Assembly (NCBI GenBank): GCA_024691085.1
Contig: JAILNX010000025.1
Span: 16,723-80,722, forward strand
Direction: 5' to 3'
Length of the DNA stretch: 64,000 bases
Source: Clostridiales bacterium
Lineage (GTDB): Bacteria > Bacillota > Clostridia > Christensenellales > CAG-138
Below the pieces are notes generated by a model, which made no database searches, was not told the origin of the DNA, and was given only the letters and a program-made list of their open reading frames with translations. The position numbers and the translations under genes are program-made. Shown one piece after another: positions 1-10,044 of this stretch (positions are counted from its first letter, which is position 1; the number at the start of each line of letters is the position of its first letter).

Positions 1-767
1 AGATCAACAAGAACCTCGAGAAGCATATTGCGGAGCAGAAGGAGAAGATCAAGCAGATTAAGTTTGATAACGCCAATGTAAGCCGCAAGCTCATGAACGA
101 GATCCAGATGATATTCCAGGATCCTATCGACTCGCTCGATCCCAGGATGACCGTTGAGGATATCATTCAGGAAGGTCTTCAGATCCAGGGCTTCCACAAC
201 AAGGAAGAGAACCACAAGAAGGTCGTGGAAGTTCTTGAAACGGTCGGTCTTGTATCGGAGCATGCTTCCCGTTATCCGCATGAGTTCTCCGGCGGTCAGC
301 GTCAGCGTATCGGTATTGCCCGCGCGCTGATAATGAACCCCAAGCTCCTCATCTGCGACGAGCCGATCTCCGCGCTCGACGTTTCCATTCGCGCACAGGT
401 CATCAACCTTCTTAACGAGCTGAAGGATAACCTCGGTCTTTCGATCATCTTCATCGCTCATGACCTGTCCGTCGTCAAGTACTTCTGCGACGCCATCGTC
501 GTTATGTACTTCGGTAAGGTCGTTGAAAAGGCGCCCAGCGACGTCCTCTTCAAGAATCCTCTCCATCCCTACACCAGGTCTCTGCTTTCCGCGATCCCCA
601 AGCCGAACCCCAGATCCGAGCGTGTAAGGAAGAGGATCACCTACGATCCCAAGACCGCGCACGATTATTCCGAGCAGCAGCCTGAGCTGAGGGAGATCGA
701 GCCCGATCATTTCGTTCTCTGCAACGACGCCGAGTTCGAGAAGTATCTAACCGAATTGAAGCACTGA
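1..767 (+). CDS. oppF: Oligopeptide/dipeptide ABC transporter ATP-binding protein, 5' end outside window
   Basis: Frame is open from the window edge. ABC signature SGGQRQRIGIARAL, Walker B LLICDEPISALD, and the OppF/DppF C-terminal extension. Confidence 0.85.
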   Translation, partial: INKNLEKHIAEQKEKIKQIKFDNANVSRKLMNEIQMIFQDPIDSLDPRMTVEDIIQEGLQIQGFHNKEENHKKVVEVLETVGLVSEHASRYPHEFSGGQRQRIGIARALIMNPKLLICDEPISALDVSIRAQVINLLNELKDNLGLSIIFIAHDLSVVKYFCDAIVVMYFGKVVEKAPSDVLFKNPLHPYTRSLLSAIPKPNPRSERVRKRITYDPKTAHDYSEQQPELREIEPDHFVLCNDAEFEKYLTELKH

Positions 768-768
768 C

Positions 769-1152
769 GTGAAACTATTCAAGAAACTGTTTCTGCATTC
801 GCCGAAGAGCTATGTCGCCGCATTCATTGTCGGCATAGCTCTCTCGGCCCTCGCGCTCGCCACGAGGGGATACAAGCTTTTGATCAACTACGTGGACGCG
901 CTTACGATCGCCGGAGCACTGGTATTCCTGTTCGGAATGTTGCTGCTCGTATGGTATTTCGGCGCTCTTGACACCTTCGGGTACGCCTTCAGGCGGCCCA
1001 TGGGCAGGACGCAGTACAAATCGCTCTACGAGTATTCCGAAGCGAATAAGGAAAAAAGACGCAGGGGAAACCTCATCTTTATGCCTTACATCGTCGTTGG
1101 AGTTTTGTTCTTCACAGTCGGGATCATCCTTTCGCTCTTCATCGGATCGTGA
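769..1152 (+). CDS. Small integral membrane protein (DUF3899-like)
   Basis: 127 aa with a GTG start one nt after the oppF stop. Several hydrophobic helices flank a charged KEKRRRG segment. Confidence 0.55.
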   Translation: MKLFKKLFLHSPKSYVAAFIVGIALSALALATRGYKLLINYVDALTIAGALVFLFGMLLLVWYFGALDTFGYAFRRPMGRTQYKSLYEYSEANKEKRRRGNLIFMPYIVVGVLFFTVGIILSLFIGS

Positions 1153-1163
1153 TAACAGAAATT

Positions 1164-1197
1164 AAAACCGCCCGTAAGCACACGGGCGGTTTTTTTG
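1164..1197 (+). terminator. Rho-independent terminator
   Basis: ACCGCCCGT / ACGGGCGGT stem followed by a T7 run. Confidence 0.7.
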
Positions 1198-1235
1198 ATT
1201 GTCAAAAAAGTCTGATCGACTTTTTCGACGGCTTG

Positions 1236-1413
1236 CATTTTTGAACTGTTCGGCTTGAAAGCAATGAGCTTTCAAACCTCACGGACGTTCAAAAATAAAG
1301 GAACCAATTGCAAAACGCAATTGGTTCGCTCGCGACGTACACGCCGCCGCGAGCGATTACAGTAGGCAGGGGCTTCGGCCCCCGCACCCCCAAAGAGGTT
1401 TTGCAAACTGCAA
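1236..1413 (+). repeat. Structured intergenic repeat, copy A (partner at 43003-43162, inverted)
   Basis: Reverse complement of 43003-43162 aligns over shared blocks: CGTTCAAAAATAAAGGAACCAATTG, GTACACGCCGCCG, GATTACAGTAGGCAGGGGC....GCCCCCGCACCCCCAAAG. The hairpins between the blocks differ. Confidence 0.6.
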
Positions 1414-1446
1414 AAAGCCGCCTGCAGATCTGTGGGCGGCTTTTAC
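1412..1446 (-). terminator. Hairpin terminator downstream of pepO (usable on both strands)
   Basis: GCCGCC...GGGCGGC stem flanked by an A run and a T run. Confidence 0.55.
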
Positions 1447-1462
1447 GTTTTTTCTTGGCAAA

Positions 1463-3373
1463 TTACCAGATCACGACGCGTTTGTCCTCGGGAAGATACA
1501 TCTTGTCGGTGGGCTTCACGTCGAAGGCGTCGTACCATTCCTTGAAGTTCCTCGGCATCATGTTTGCGCGGAGCTCGGAGGGCGAGTGTACGTCCATCGT
1601 AAGCAGGAGCTTTATAAAGCCCTCCTTAGCCTTCATGCACCAGATCCTGCCCCAGTTAAGGAAGTACGCCTTGAAATCGGGATCGGGGAGCTTGTGCATT
1701 ATCTCGATGGTGACGGCCATGCCGCCGGCGTCCGCGATGTTCTCGGATACGACCAGGCCGCCGTTGACCTTTCCGCCGTGGAACGGTATCCCGTCGAACT
1801 GCTCCGTCATGCCCTTGGTTAGCTCTTCGAAGGTCTTGAAGTCGTCCTCCTTCCACCAGTCGAAGAGATTGCCGTTCTCGTCGAAGTGCGCGCCGTTGTT
1901 GTCGAAGGCGTGCGAGATCTCGTGACCGATGACGGCGCCGATGCCGCCGAGGTTCTCCTCTATCTTCTGGTCGACGGAGTAGAAGGGCTTCTGCAGTATT
2001 GCCGCGGGGAACGTGATGTCGTTCTTGAACGGATCGTAGCAGGCGTTGACCATGTGGCCGGGCATCTGCCACTCGCTGCGGTCGGTGGGCTTGTTCAGCT
2101 TTTCGAACTGATGCATACGCATCTTAAGCCTTATGGACGACGCCGCGTCGAAGAACGATGCGTCCTCGTCGACCTTGAAGGTGTCGTATATGGCTTCGTA
2201 ATTGTCCGGATAGCCCATCTTGATCTTGATGCTCGAGAGCTTCAGTATCGCCTTCTCCTTGGTCTCCTCGGCAAGGAACCCGTTCTTGCGGATCCTCTCC
2301 TCATAGGTCTCGATGATCTTCTTGACTATCGAGGTGATGTCGGCCTTGGCCTCCTCGCCGAAATACTTCCTGCCGTAGTACACGCCGATCGGCTTATCGA
2401 ACGTTTCGGAAACGAACATGTACGCCTGCTTTTCGATGGGCGGCATCTCCTTGATACCCATCAGCTTGTTGGCATACTGCCTTGAAATGGCGTAGATCTC
2501 CGGCGAAAGCAGCTGCGCGAAATCGAATACAGTGTTGACGTAGCACCAGTGGATGAACAGGGTGAAGTTCTTTTCGTTGAAGATGTCCTTGAACGCCTGC
2601 ATGAAGCGGGGATTGGCCGGCCCGATGATCTTGGGAGCGCCGTCGCCGTAGAGCTTCTCGAGGAGCCCCTTTAAGTCGAGATCCGCCGAAAGGGCGTAAA
2701 CTTCCTCCGCGGGCATGGGATTGTAGAGCTTGTAGTAATCCGCCATCTCCCTTGCGCTGAGCGCCTTTTTGCGGAGCATATCGTCGAACGCGATGGTGTC
2801 CTTAAGGTACTGCCTCTGCTCTAAAGGGGAGAGCTCGGTGTACTTAAGCATGCTCTTCGCCATCTTTTTGTAGAGAGAAAGCATATAGAGCTTCATCACG
2901 GTCTTCTCGTAATACGAGGTGTCCGGCAGTATCAGACCGGGATCCATTATGGCGAGCCCGTAGCGGGAGGTGTCCTTCCAGTCCTCCATAACGGCCAGCT
3001 CGTACGGGAACGTCACGCCGGCGCGGAGAAGCTCGAAGCTCTTTTCGTTGAACTCGGCGACGGTCTTTATGCCCTTGATCTCGCGAAGCAGCGGGTAGAG
3101 GGGCTTCATGCCGGCCTCGCCGCGCGCCTTTTCGTCCAGCGCCTTCTTATAAAGGCGGACGGCGTCCTCCATTATCGGGACGTCGGGCAGCTCCGCTCCG
3201 TTCGCGAAGCCCGCGAAATCCTTCATCAGCAGCTTTTCCACGTCCTCGTCAAGCGTTGAGAAGCCGCCCGTCATGGGCCTGTCGCCCGGTATGACGGCGG
3301 TCTTCAGCCATTCGCCGTTAACAAACTGGTACAGATCGTCCTGTACACGGACAGCGGTGTTTTCTTTACTCAT
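1463..3373 (-). CDS. pepO: M13-family zinc metalloendopeptidase (PepO/neprilysin-like)
   Basis: HEISH zinc motif and ENIADAGG motif. Start set at MSKEN, which has a GGGGGAAAGG RBS; the ORF-track start 15 nt upstream lacks one. Confidence 0.9.
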   Translation of the reverse strand: MSKENTAVRVQDDLYQFVNGEWLKTAVIPGDRPMTGGFSTLDEDVEKLLMKDFAGFANGAELPDVPIMEDAVRLYKKALDEKARGEAGMKPLYPLLREIKGIKTVAEFNEKSFELLRAGVTFPYELAVMEDWKDTSRYGLAIMDPGLILPDTSYYEKTVMKLYMLSLYKKMAKSMLKYTELSPLEQRQYLKDTIAFDDMLRKKALSAREMADYYKLYNPMPAEEVYALSADLDLKGLLEKLYGDGAPKIIGPANPRFMQAFKDIFNEKNFTLFIHWCYVNTVFDFAQLLSPEIYAISRQYANKLMGIKEMPPIEKQAYMFVSETFDKPIGVYYGRKYFGEEAKADITSIVKKIIETYEERIRKNGFLAEETKEKAILKLSSIKIKMGYPDNYEAIYDTFKVDEDASFFDAASSIRLKMRMHQFEKLNKPTDRSEWQMPGHMVNACYDPFKNDITFPAAILQKPFYSVDQKIEENLGGIGAVIGHEISHAFDNNGAHFDENGNLFDWWKEDDFKTFEELTKGMTEQFDGIPFHGGKVNGGLVVSENIADAGGMAVTIEIMHKLPDPDFKAYFLNWGRIWCMKAKEGFIKLLLTMDVHSPSELRANMMPRNFKEWYDAFDVKPTDKMYLPEDKRVVIW

Positions 3374-3499
3374 TTTCCTTTCCCCCAATATTAGGATATC
3401 ATTATTATAATACTACCGCGACGGGCTGATTTCAAGCGGGAGGCGGCATTTCACTAAAAAAGCGCTCTCCTTAAAAAGGAGAACGCTGTAACGCTTTCG

Positions 3500-4843
3500 T
3501 TATGTGAGCGACAGGTCGTTCGTCAGCCTGTTCGTGATGTCGTCGACGGCGGTGGAGATGTCCGCCCTCTCGGCAAGCTCGCTCGTGATCTGGTCGCAGG
3601 AGTACATTACGGTGGAGTAATGCTTTCCGCCGAACGCCTTGCCGATATCGGGATACGAGGTGTTCGTGAGCGTGCGGCAGAGGTACATGGCGATCTGGCG
3701 CGGAGTGGCGATACGCTTGTCCCTCCTGGTGGAGGTGAGCTCCTCGACGCTGATCTCGAAGTAGTCGGCGGTCACGCGCTTGATAAGCTCCGGAGTGACC
3801 ATGTGCTTGCCCTCGGAGGAGACGTAGTCCTTCAGGATCGCCTCGACGAAGCTCCTGTCGATCATGGCGCGCTTAGAGAACTCGGCGTAGAGCATCACGC
3901 GGTTGTAGCAGCTTTCGAGCTCGCGGACGTTGGCGCTGAACTGCTCCGCCATATAGAGCAGGGCGTCGCCGGAGATATCGATGCCGTCGCGCTCGGCCTT
4001 GCTTTTCAAGATGGCGACGCGTGTTTCGACCTCGGGCGGTTTGATGTCGGCGGTTATGCCCCACACGAAGCGGCTCTTAAGGCGCTCCTGAAGGCTGGGC
4101 AGATCCTTCGGCGACTGGTCGGAGGTGATGACGATCTGCTTGTTCGCGCCGTAGAGGGCGTTGAAGGTGTTGAAGAACTCAAGCTCCGTCGCTTCCTTGC
4201 CGCCGATGAACTGGATATCGTCGACGAGCAGCAGGTCGAGGCTCCTGTACTTCTTCCTCAGCTCCTCGCGGGTGTCGTACTTGATCGCGGCGATGACGTC
4301 GTTCGTGAACTCCTCGCTCGATACGCAGCAGATATTGAACTCGGGACGGAGCTCGTGCACGTAATTGCCTATCGCGTGCAGAAGATGCGTCTTGCCAAGT
4401 CCCGAACCGCCGTAGATGTAAAGCGGGTTGTACGCGGAGGCGGGGTTGTCCGCGACCGCGACGGCGGCGGCGTGAGCGAAACGGTTGGATTCGCCCGTCA
4501 CGAATGTGTCGAACGTGTACTTCGGCTGTACGCCGAAAAAGAGCCCCTTTTCCGTGCTGTTCGAAACGGGCACGGAAACAACGGCCTCCGCCTCTTCCTT
4601 GATGATGAAGTTGACCGAGTAGTTGGATCCGTTCGCGCGGTTCACGCAGTCGGTGATGGTGCTCGCGTAGAACTGGCGAAGGCTGGTAAGGTAAAGCTCG
4701 CTCTGAGCCATAAGAATGAGCGTGCTGCCCTCGATGGAGATGGGCTTTATATCCTTGATCCAGGTTTTATAGCTTATAGGCGTCATCTCCGCTTCGAGAA
4801 CGGGAAGCGCCTTTGACCATACGATCTGTGCCGAAATCATCAT
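3500..4843 (-). CDS. dnaA: Chromosomal replication initiator DnaA
   Basis: Walker A GGSGLGKTHLLHAIGN, Walker B LLLVDDIQF, and C-terminal DNA-binding signature TPRQIAMYLCRTLT. Start chosen at the tandem ATG ATG behind a GGGGG RBS. Confidence 0.9.
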   Translation of the reverse strand: MMISAQIVWSKALPVLEAEMTPISYKTWIKDIKPISIEGSTLILMAQSELYLTSLRQFYASTITDCVNRANGSNYSVNFIIKEEAEAVVSVPVSNSTEKGLFFGVQPKYTFDTFVTGESNRFAHAAAVAVADNPASAYNPLYIYGGSGLGKTHLLHAIGNYVHELRPEFNICCVSSEEFTNDVIAAIKYDTREELRKKYRSLDLLLVDDIQFIGGKEATELEFFNTFNALYGANKQIVITSDQSPKDLPSLQERLKSRFVWGITADIKPPEVETRVAILKSKAERDGIDISGDALLYMAEQFSANVRELESCYNRVMLYAEFSKRAMIDRSFVEAILKDYVSSEGKHMVTPELIKRVTADYFEISVEELTSTRRDKRIATPRQIAMYLCRTLTNTSYPDIGKAFGGKHYSTVMYSCDQITSELAERADISTAVDDITNRLTNDLSLT

Positions 4844-5033
4844 TTCCCCCAAATAACCGAACAATCGGGATAAAAAGGGAACAGAGAGCGTTCGATCTGT
4901 CCCCGATAGCTATGATAGCAAATTTCCTTAATGATTACAAGTCAAAATTTGGCTCGCTTGTATGTGTATATTCCTTTCCGGTACAAGATATTGTGGCTTC
5001 TGCCGGCCGATCCAAAATATAATTTTCGGGCCG

Positions 5034-5840
5034 TCACGAATCGGTATTACCTTTTTCGGCAGCCTTCGACCTTTTGTTAGAGACGATCTTCGTCGCTATA
5101 AGCCCCGCCGCGGCAAGCACGACTATCGCGATGCTGATCCACTGCGAGGTGGAGAACGCGCCGAATATGCCCCTTATCTCGTCCCCGCGCAGGTACTCGA
5201 GCAGGAAGCGCTCCACGCCGTAGATGATGAGGTAGACGAAGAGCGTGGTCGCGCCGACGCGCTTCTTCCTTGTGAACCACAAAAGGAACAGGAATACGAG
5301 AACGTTCGCCCCCGCCTCGATGAGCTGGGTGGGTATGACCTTCACGTTCTCGGCAAGACCGGTCACCGCGCTCGGAAAGCTCATGCCGATCCACGAATCC
5401 GTGACCTTGCCGTAGCAGCAGCCGGCGCAGAAGCAGCCCATGCGTCCGATCGCGTGCGCGAGAGGGAGCGTCGGCACGATGGAATCGGAATAATCGAGGA
5501 GCTTCGTTTTGGCTATCGCCGCGCCTAAAAACGCGCCTATCACGCCGCCGATGAGCCCGCCGTAGAACACGAGACCGCCCTGGAGGAGCCAGATAACACC
5601 GTTTGCCCTGACCGCGTCCGCGATCTCGTCCCAGGTATAGGTCACCGCCATGAAGAGCACCTTCGCGCCGATTATACCGAAAACGATCGCGATAAGCGCG
5701 ACGGTCAGAAGCCGCTCGCCGTCAAGGCCGCGCTTTCTGCATCTCAGCCACGAAAGCCCGACGGACACGAGCATGGCGGCAGCCATGAGCAGTCCGTACA
5801 TGGGTATCTGTATCCCGAAGATCTTTAAATAAGGAAACAT
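5034..5840 (-). CDS. lgt: Prolipoprotein diacylglyceryl transferase
   Basis: Polytopic 268-aa protein with an Lgt-like HAIGRMGCFCAGCCYG block and a GGAGGA RBS. Confidence 0.8.
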   Translation of the reverse strand: MFPYLKIFGIQIPMYGLLMAAAMLVSVGLSWLRCRKRGLDGERLLTVALIAIVFGIIGAKVLFMAVTYTWDEIADAVRANGVIWLLQGGLVFYGGLIGGVIGAFLGAAIAKTKLLDYSDSIVPTLPLAHAIGRMGCFCAGCCYGKVTDSWIGMSFPSAVTGLAENVKVIPTQLIEAGANVLVFLFLLWFTRKKRVGATTLFVYLIIYGVERFLLEYLRGDEIRGIFGAFSTSQWISIAIVVLAAAGLIATKIVSNKRSKAAEKGNTDS

Positions 5841-5850
5841 CCGTCCTCCG

Positions 5851-7029
5851 TCAGCCCGCGTAATTAACGAAATAATCCTGCACGAGAACGATGGGCGTGC
5901 CCTTGTCGCCCGAGCCGGAGGTCAGATCGCAGAGGGAGCCGATAAGATCGGTCAGCATGCGCGGCGTGGTGCCCTCGGAGAGCATGGAGCCCTTAAGGTC
6001 GCGGTCCTTCTCGCGGATGCGCTCGCGGATCTTCTCGGCTAAAGCCTCGCCGGAGAGACCTGCGTAATCGTTGTCGGCAAGGAACTTGAGCTTGAGCTCG
6101 TTGGGAAGACCGCGCAGTCCGTCCGTATAGCCGGGGGAGACAACGGGATCCGCAAGCTCCCAGATCTTTCCGACGGGATCCTTGAAAGCGCCGTCGCCGT
6201 AGACCATGGCCTCGACGTGAACGCCCGTGCGCTCGAAAACGAGCTGCTGAATGCCGAAAGCGACTTCCTTCGCGTTCCGCGGGAAGAGCTTAACGAGCTC
6301 CTCGGTCGCCTTGTTGGAGCCCAAGAGGCCGTAATCGGGGCAGCAGCCGGAGCCGTTCACCGGCTCGTTCAGTATGTCGCAGAGCGTGAGCACGTTTTTG
6401 CCGCCGTGCTTTTTGATGCGGTTCTGCGTGCGCGTCCTCGTGTGGGTGTCGCAGCAGAGTACGTCGCCCGTGTAGTCAAGAATGACCTCGGGACGGTTGG
6501 AGAATATGATCTCGGCCTCCGCGCCCTCGGCCTCGATGAGCGTCTTATAGAAGTCAATGTAGTCTACGCCCGTGAAGGGGTGACGGCACTCGCCGCCGCA
6601 GAGCTCGTAGAACTCGTCCGCGGTCATGGTGTCTGCCCAGGGATTCACGCCCTTATCCTCAAGCACCTCGGGATCGACAAGGTGATTGCCGACCTCGTCG
6701 GAGGGATAGGAAAGAAGCACGGTGACCTTCTTCGCGCCCCTCGCGATGCCCCTTAAGCAGATGGAGAAGCGGTTCCTCGAAAGAATGGGGAATACGACGC
6801 CGACGTGGGAGCCGAGCTTTCTTTTGACGTCGGCCGCGATATCGTCGACTCTTGCGTAATTGCCGTCCGCGCGCGCGACGACCGCCTCTGTCACGGCGAT
6901 AACGTCGCGGTCATGAAGCGTAAAGCCGTCGGTCTTCGCCGCCTCGAGCACGGAATCAACGGTTATTTTAACGATGTCGTCGCCCTGGCGGATTATGGGC
7001 GCGCGAATGCCTCTTGATACGGTTGCCAT
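5851..7029 (-). CDS. CofE-like gamma-glutamyl ligase family protein
   Basis: N-terminal RAPIIRQGDDIVKIT resembles F420-0:gamma-glutamyl ligase family openings. Start set at MATVSRG, which has a GGGAG RBS. Confidence 0.5.
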   Translation of the reverse strand: MATVSRGIRAPIIRQGDDIVKITVDSVLEAAKTDGFTLHDRDVIAVTEAVVARADGNYARVDDIAADVKRKLGSHVGVVFPILSRNRFSICLRGIARGAKKVTVLLSYPSDEVGNHLVDPEVLEDKGVNPWADTMTADEFYELCGGECRHPFTGVDYIDFYKTLIEAEGAEAEIIFSNRPEVILDYTGDVLCCDTHTRTRTQNRIKKHGGKNVLTLCDILNEPVNGSGCCPDYGLLGSNKATEELVKLFPRNAKEVAFGIQQLVFERTGVHVEAMVYGDGAFKDPVGKIWELADPVVSPGYTDGLRGLPNELKLKFLADNDYAGLSGEALAEKIRERIREKDRDLKGSMLSEGTTPRMLTDLIGSLCDLTSGSGDKGTPIVLVQDYFVNYAG

Positions 7030-7218
7030 AGTGTTTGTACTCCCGGAAAAGATTAAGGGACGCCGGAGGAGCATCCCTTAATGAATGATAACATATTCCC
7101 GCACGATTGTAAACATCGGATTTCTTATAGCACGGAATTAATATATTTTTCCTTGCTTTTTATGTTGATTCATGCTATAGTCATAATTGAGGAAAAACGC
7201 TCTCGAAAGGAGATCAAT

Positions 7219-8100
7219 ATGAGCCTGTTTGATAAGCTTATTAAGGACACCGTCGGCAAGGCGGTCAAGGACGCCGCCCGCGAGGGCGCGCGTCAGGCAG
7301 TTCAGCCCATGGTCAACGAGGCTGCGAACGCCGCCGCGAACGCCGCGGCGAAGGGGATAAACAACGCGACGAGCGAGATCCGCCAGCCCGCGAACGAGGC
7401 GGCTCAGAGCATGAACCGGGCGAACGAGGAAGCGAAGAAGGTTCCGAAAGAGGATTGGGAAAAGGCTATGGGCTTTCTTGAGGGTATGGCGACCAACGCG
7501 TCGAAGAACATGAAGGTCTGCCCCAACTGCGGCGAAAGCGCGAAGGCGGACGTGAAGTTCTGCCCCTCCTGCGGCGCTAAGCTGCCCGAGAAGACCGTCT
7601 ACGAGATGGCGACCTGTACCGCCTGCGGACATCAGAACAGCATCGGCACCTCGTTCTGCGCCGAATGCGGAGCGAAGCTCCCCTCGAAGATAGCGGAGGA
7701 AGAGGCCGCGAAGGCGCACGACGAAGCGGAGCTTGCGAAGTGGGACGACATACTTCCCCAGTACCCGAAGTGGTGCTTCGGCGGAAGCGATATCCAGCTT
7801 GAGGATAGAAGGGGCGAAGGCGACGACACTCTCGCGATACTCTCGGTCGGCAGCACCAACCGCATGGAGCTTGACAGATACTTCGTGCTTCTCAACAAGA
7901 ACGGCTTCATTAGGCCCGCCGGCTGGTCGAGCGACGAGGTCGTGTTCAAGGTGATCGACGGCAACGCCTACTGCGTGGGCCAGACCGACGCCTTCCGGGA
8001 TCCCGACTGCTTCTCGATCTACTTCTTTATCGACAACAGCCGCCTCCCCAGGAAGGAAGAGCCGAAGAAGAAAGGTCTGTTCGGAGGACTGTTCTCATAA
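7219..8100 (+). CDS. Double zinc-ribbon domain protein
   Basis: CPNCG...CPSCG and CTACG...CAECG motifs. Start at MSLFDK behind an AAGGAG RBS; the upstream part of the tracked ORF is AT-rich promoter sequence. Confidence 0.6.
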   Translation: MSLFDKLIKDTVGKAVKDAAREGARQAVQPMVNEAANAAANAAAKGINNATSEIRQPANEAAQSMNRANEEAKKVPKEDWEKAMGFLEGMATNASKNMKVCPNCGESAKADVKFCPSCGAKLPEKTVYEMATCTACGHQNSIGTSFCAECGAKLPSKIAEEEAAKAHDEAELAKWDDILPQYPKWCFGGSDIQLEDRRGEGDDTLAILSVGSTNRMELDRYFVLLNKNGFIRPAGWSSDEVVFKVIDGNAYCVGQTDAFRDPDCFSIYFFIDNSRLPRKEEPKKKGLFGGLFS

Positions 8101-8846
8101 TGGATCGGACGGAAAGAATACTCGAGCTTGTCCGCGACGGAAAGATGACCGTCGCGGACGCTCTTCTGAAAATAAGGACTGAGCCGTTCGACGATCTGGG
8201 CTACGCCGTCGTCGATCTTCACCGCGCTGTAAGAAAGGGCGTGCCGGAGGTCGTCTACGGCGCGGGAAAGACCGCGGAGCAGATATCCGGCATACTCTCA
8301 AGCATGGTCGCGCACGGGCAGGGACGCGTCATCATAACGAGGCTGTCGCCCGAAAAGGCGGCGGAGGTCTTAAAAACGCACCCAATCGCCTATTATGAGG
8401 AAGCGAAGCTCGCCGTGCTAGGCGGAATGCCGGAGCCGGACGGTATAGGCACGGTCGCCGTCGCGACGGGCGGAACGAGCGATATCCCCGTCGCGGAGGA
8501 AGCCGCGCTCACGCTTGAGTCGCTCGGGAACCGCGTCGACCGGATCTACGACGTCGGCGTCGCGGGGCTGCACAGGCTCCTCGATAAGCGCGAAAGGCTC
8601 ATGAGCGCGAGCGTCGTCGTCGCGATAGCGGGTATGGAAGGCGCGCTTGCGAGCGTAATAGGCGGGCTTGTAGCCTGCCCTGTCATAGCCGTCCCGACGA
8701 GCGTCGGCTACGGCGCCTCCTTAAACGGGCTCTCGGCGCTTCTTTCAATGCTCAACTCCTGCGCGAGCGGCGTTTCGGTCGTCAATATCGACAACGGCTT
8801 CGGCGCGGGCTATATCGCGAACCTTATAAATCACATGGGTAAATGA
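8100..8846 (+). CDS. larB: Nickel-pincer cofactor biosynthesis protein LarB (PurE-like carboxylase/hydrolase)
   Basis: PurE-like GTVAVATGGTSDIPVAEEA block; 248 aa; directly followed by larC and larE. Confidence 0.8.
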   Translation: MDRTERILELVRDGKMTVADALLKIRTEPFDDLGYAVVDLHRAVRKGVPEVVYGAGKTAEQISGILSSMVAHGQGRVIITRLSPEKAAEVLKTHPIAYYEEAKLAVLGGMPEPDGIGTVAVATGGTSDIPVAEEAALTLESLGNRVDRIYDVGVAGLHRLLDKRERLMSASVVVAIAGMEGALASVIGGLVACPVIAVPTSVGYGASLNGLSALLSMLNSCASGVSVVNIDNGFGAGYIANLINHMGK

Positions 8847-8847
8847 T

Positions 8848-10044
8848 ATGAAGATACTGTATTTCGATCTTAATATGGGCGCGGCGGGGGATATGCTCGC
8901 CGCGGCGCTGACTGAGCTTCTGCCCGATCCCGAGGGGTTCGTAAAAAGGCTCAACGCACTCAACATCCCCGGCGTGGAGTTCGTCCGCGAGCCTTCCGAA
9001 AAATGCGGCATACTCGGCACGCATATGTCCGTCCGCGTGAACGGCGAGGAGGAGCACGAGCATCATCACGACCACGACCACGGGCATCACCATGAGCATC
9101 ACCACTCGGACCTCGGGTCGATAGGGAAGATCGTCGAGGGACTCGATATCCCCGAAAACGTAAAGAAGGACGTAATGGCCGTCTACCTGCTCATCGCCGA
9201 AGCGGAGAGCGCGGCGCACGGCAGGGAGGTGACCGAGATACACTTCCACGAGGTCGGCACGATGGACGCCGTCGCGGACGTGACCGCCGTCTGCCTTCTT
9301 ATGAACGAGATAAAGCCGGACGCGGTATTCGCGTCGCCCGTCCACGTCGGCGCGGGACAGGTGCGCTGCGCGCACGGCATACTGCCGGTCCCCGCTCCCG
9401 CCACGGCATACATATTGAGGGACGTTCCGATCTACGGCGGCGCGATCAGATCCGAGCTCTGTACGCCCACCGGCGCGGCGCTTATCAGGCGCTTCGTATC
9501 CCGCTTCGGGGATATGCCCGTGATGAGAGTGGAAAAGATCGGCCTAGGCATGGGCAAAAAGGACTTCGAGGCGGCGAACTGCGTCCGCGCGATGCTCGGG
9601 GAGAGCGAAGAACGCGGCGGCGATATCGTCGAGCTTAAGTTCAACGTCGACGATATGACGGGCGAGGAAGTCGGCTTCCTTACGGAGACGCTTTTTGAAA
9701 ACGGCGCGCTCGAAGTGTTCGACGTTCCCGTCAGCATGAAGAAATCCCGCCCCGGAACGATGATGACGGTGCTTATTAAGGAAGAGGACAGGGAAAAGCT
9801 CCTTAAGCTCATATTCCGCCATTCGAGCACTCTCGGCGTCCGCGAGTACCACCCCGTTCGGCATACGCTTTCAAGGCGCACGGAGACCGTCGACACCCGC
9901 TTCGGCGGCGTGAGGATGAAGGTCTCCGAGGGCTTCGGTGTCACAAAGACGAAGTACGAATACGAGGATCTCGCCCGCATCGCAAGGGAGACGGGCATGA
10001 GCTTACCGGAGGTCAGAAAAGCGATCGATGAGAGAGAAGTATAA
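8848..10044 (+). CDS. larC: Nickel insertion protein LarC
   Basis: N-terminal MGAAGDM motif and His-rich stretch HEHHHDHDHGHHHEHHH. Confidence 0.85.
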   Translation: MKILYFDLNMGAAGDMLAAALTELLPDPEGFVKRLNALNIPGVEFVREPSEKCGILGTHMSVRVNGEEEHEHHHDHDHGHHHEHHHSDLGSIGKIVEGLDIPENVKKDVMAVYLLIAEAESAAHGREVTEIHFHEVGTMDAVADVTAVCLLMNEIKPDAVFASPVHVGAGQVRCAHGILPVPAPATAYILRDVPIYGGAIRSELCTPTGAALIRRFVSRFGDMPVMRVEKIGLGMGKKDFEAANCVRAMLGESEERGGDIVELKFNVDDMTGEEVGFLTETLFENGALEVFDVPVSMKKSRPGTMMTVLIKEEDREKLLKLIFRHSSTLGVREYHPVRHTLSRRTETVDTRFGGVRMKVSEGFGVTKTKYEYEDLARIARETGMSLPEVRKAIDEREV

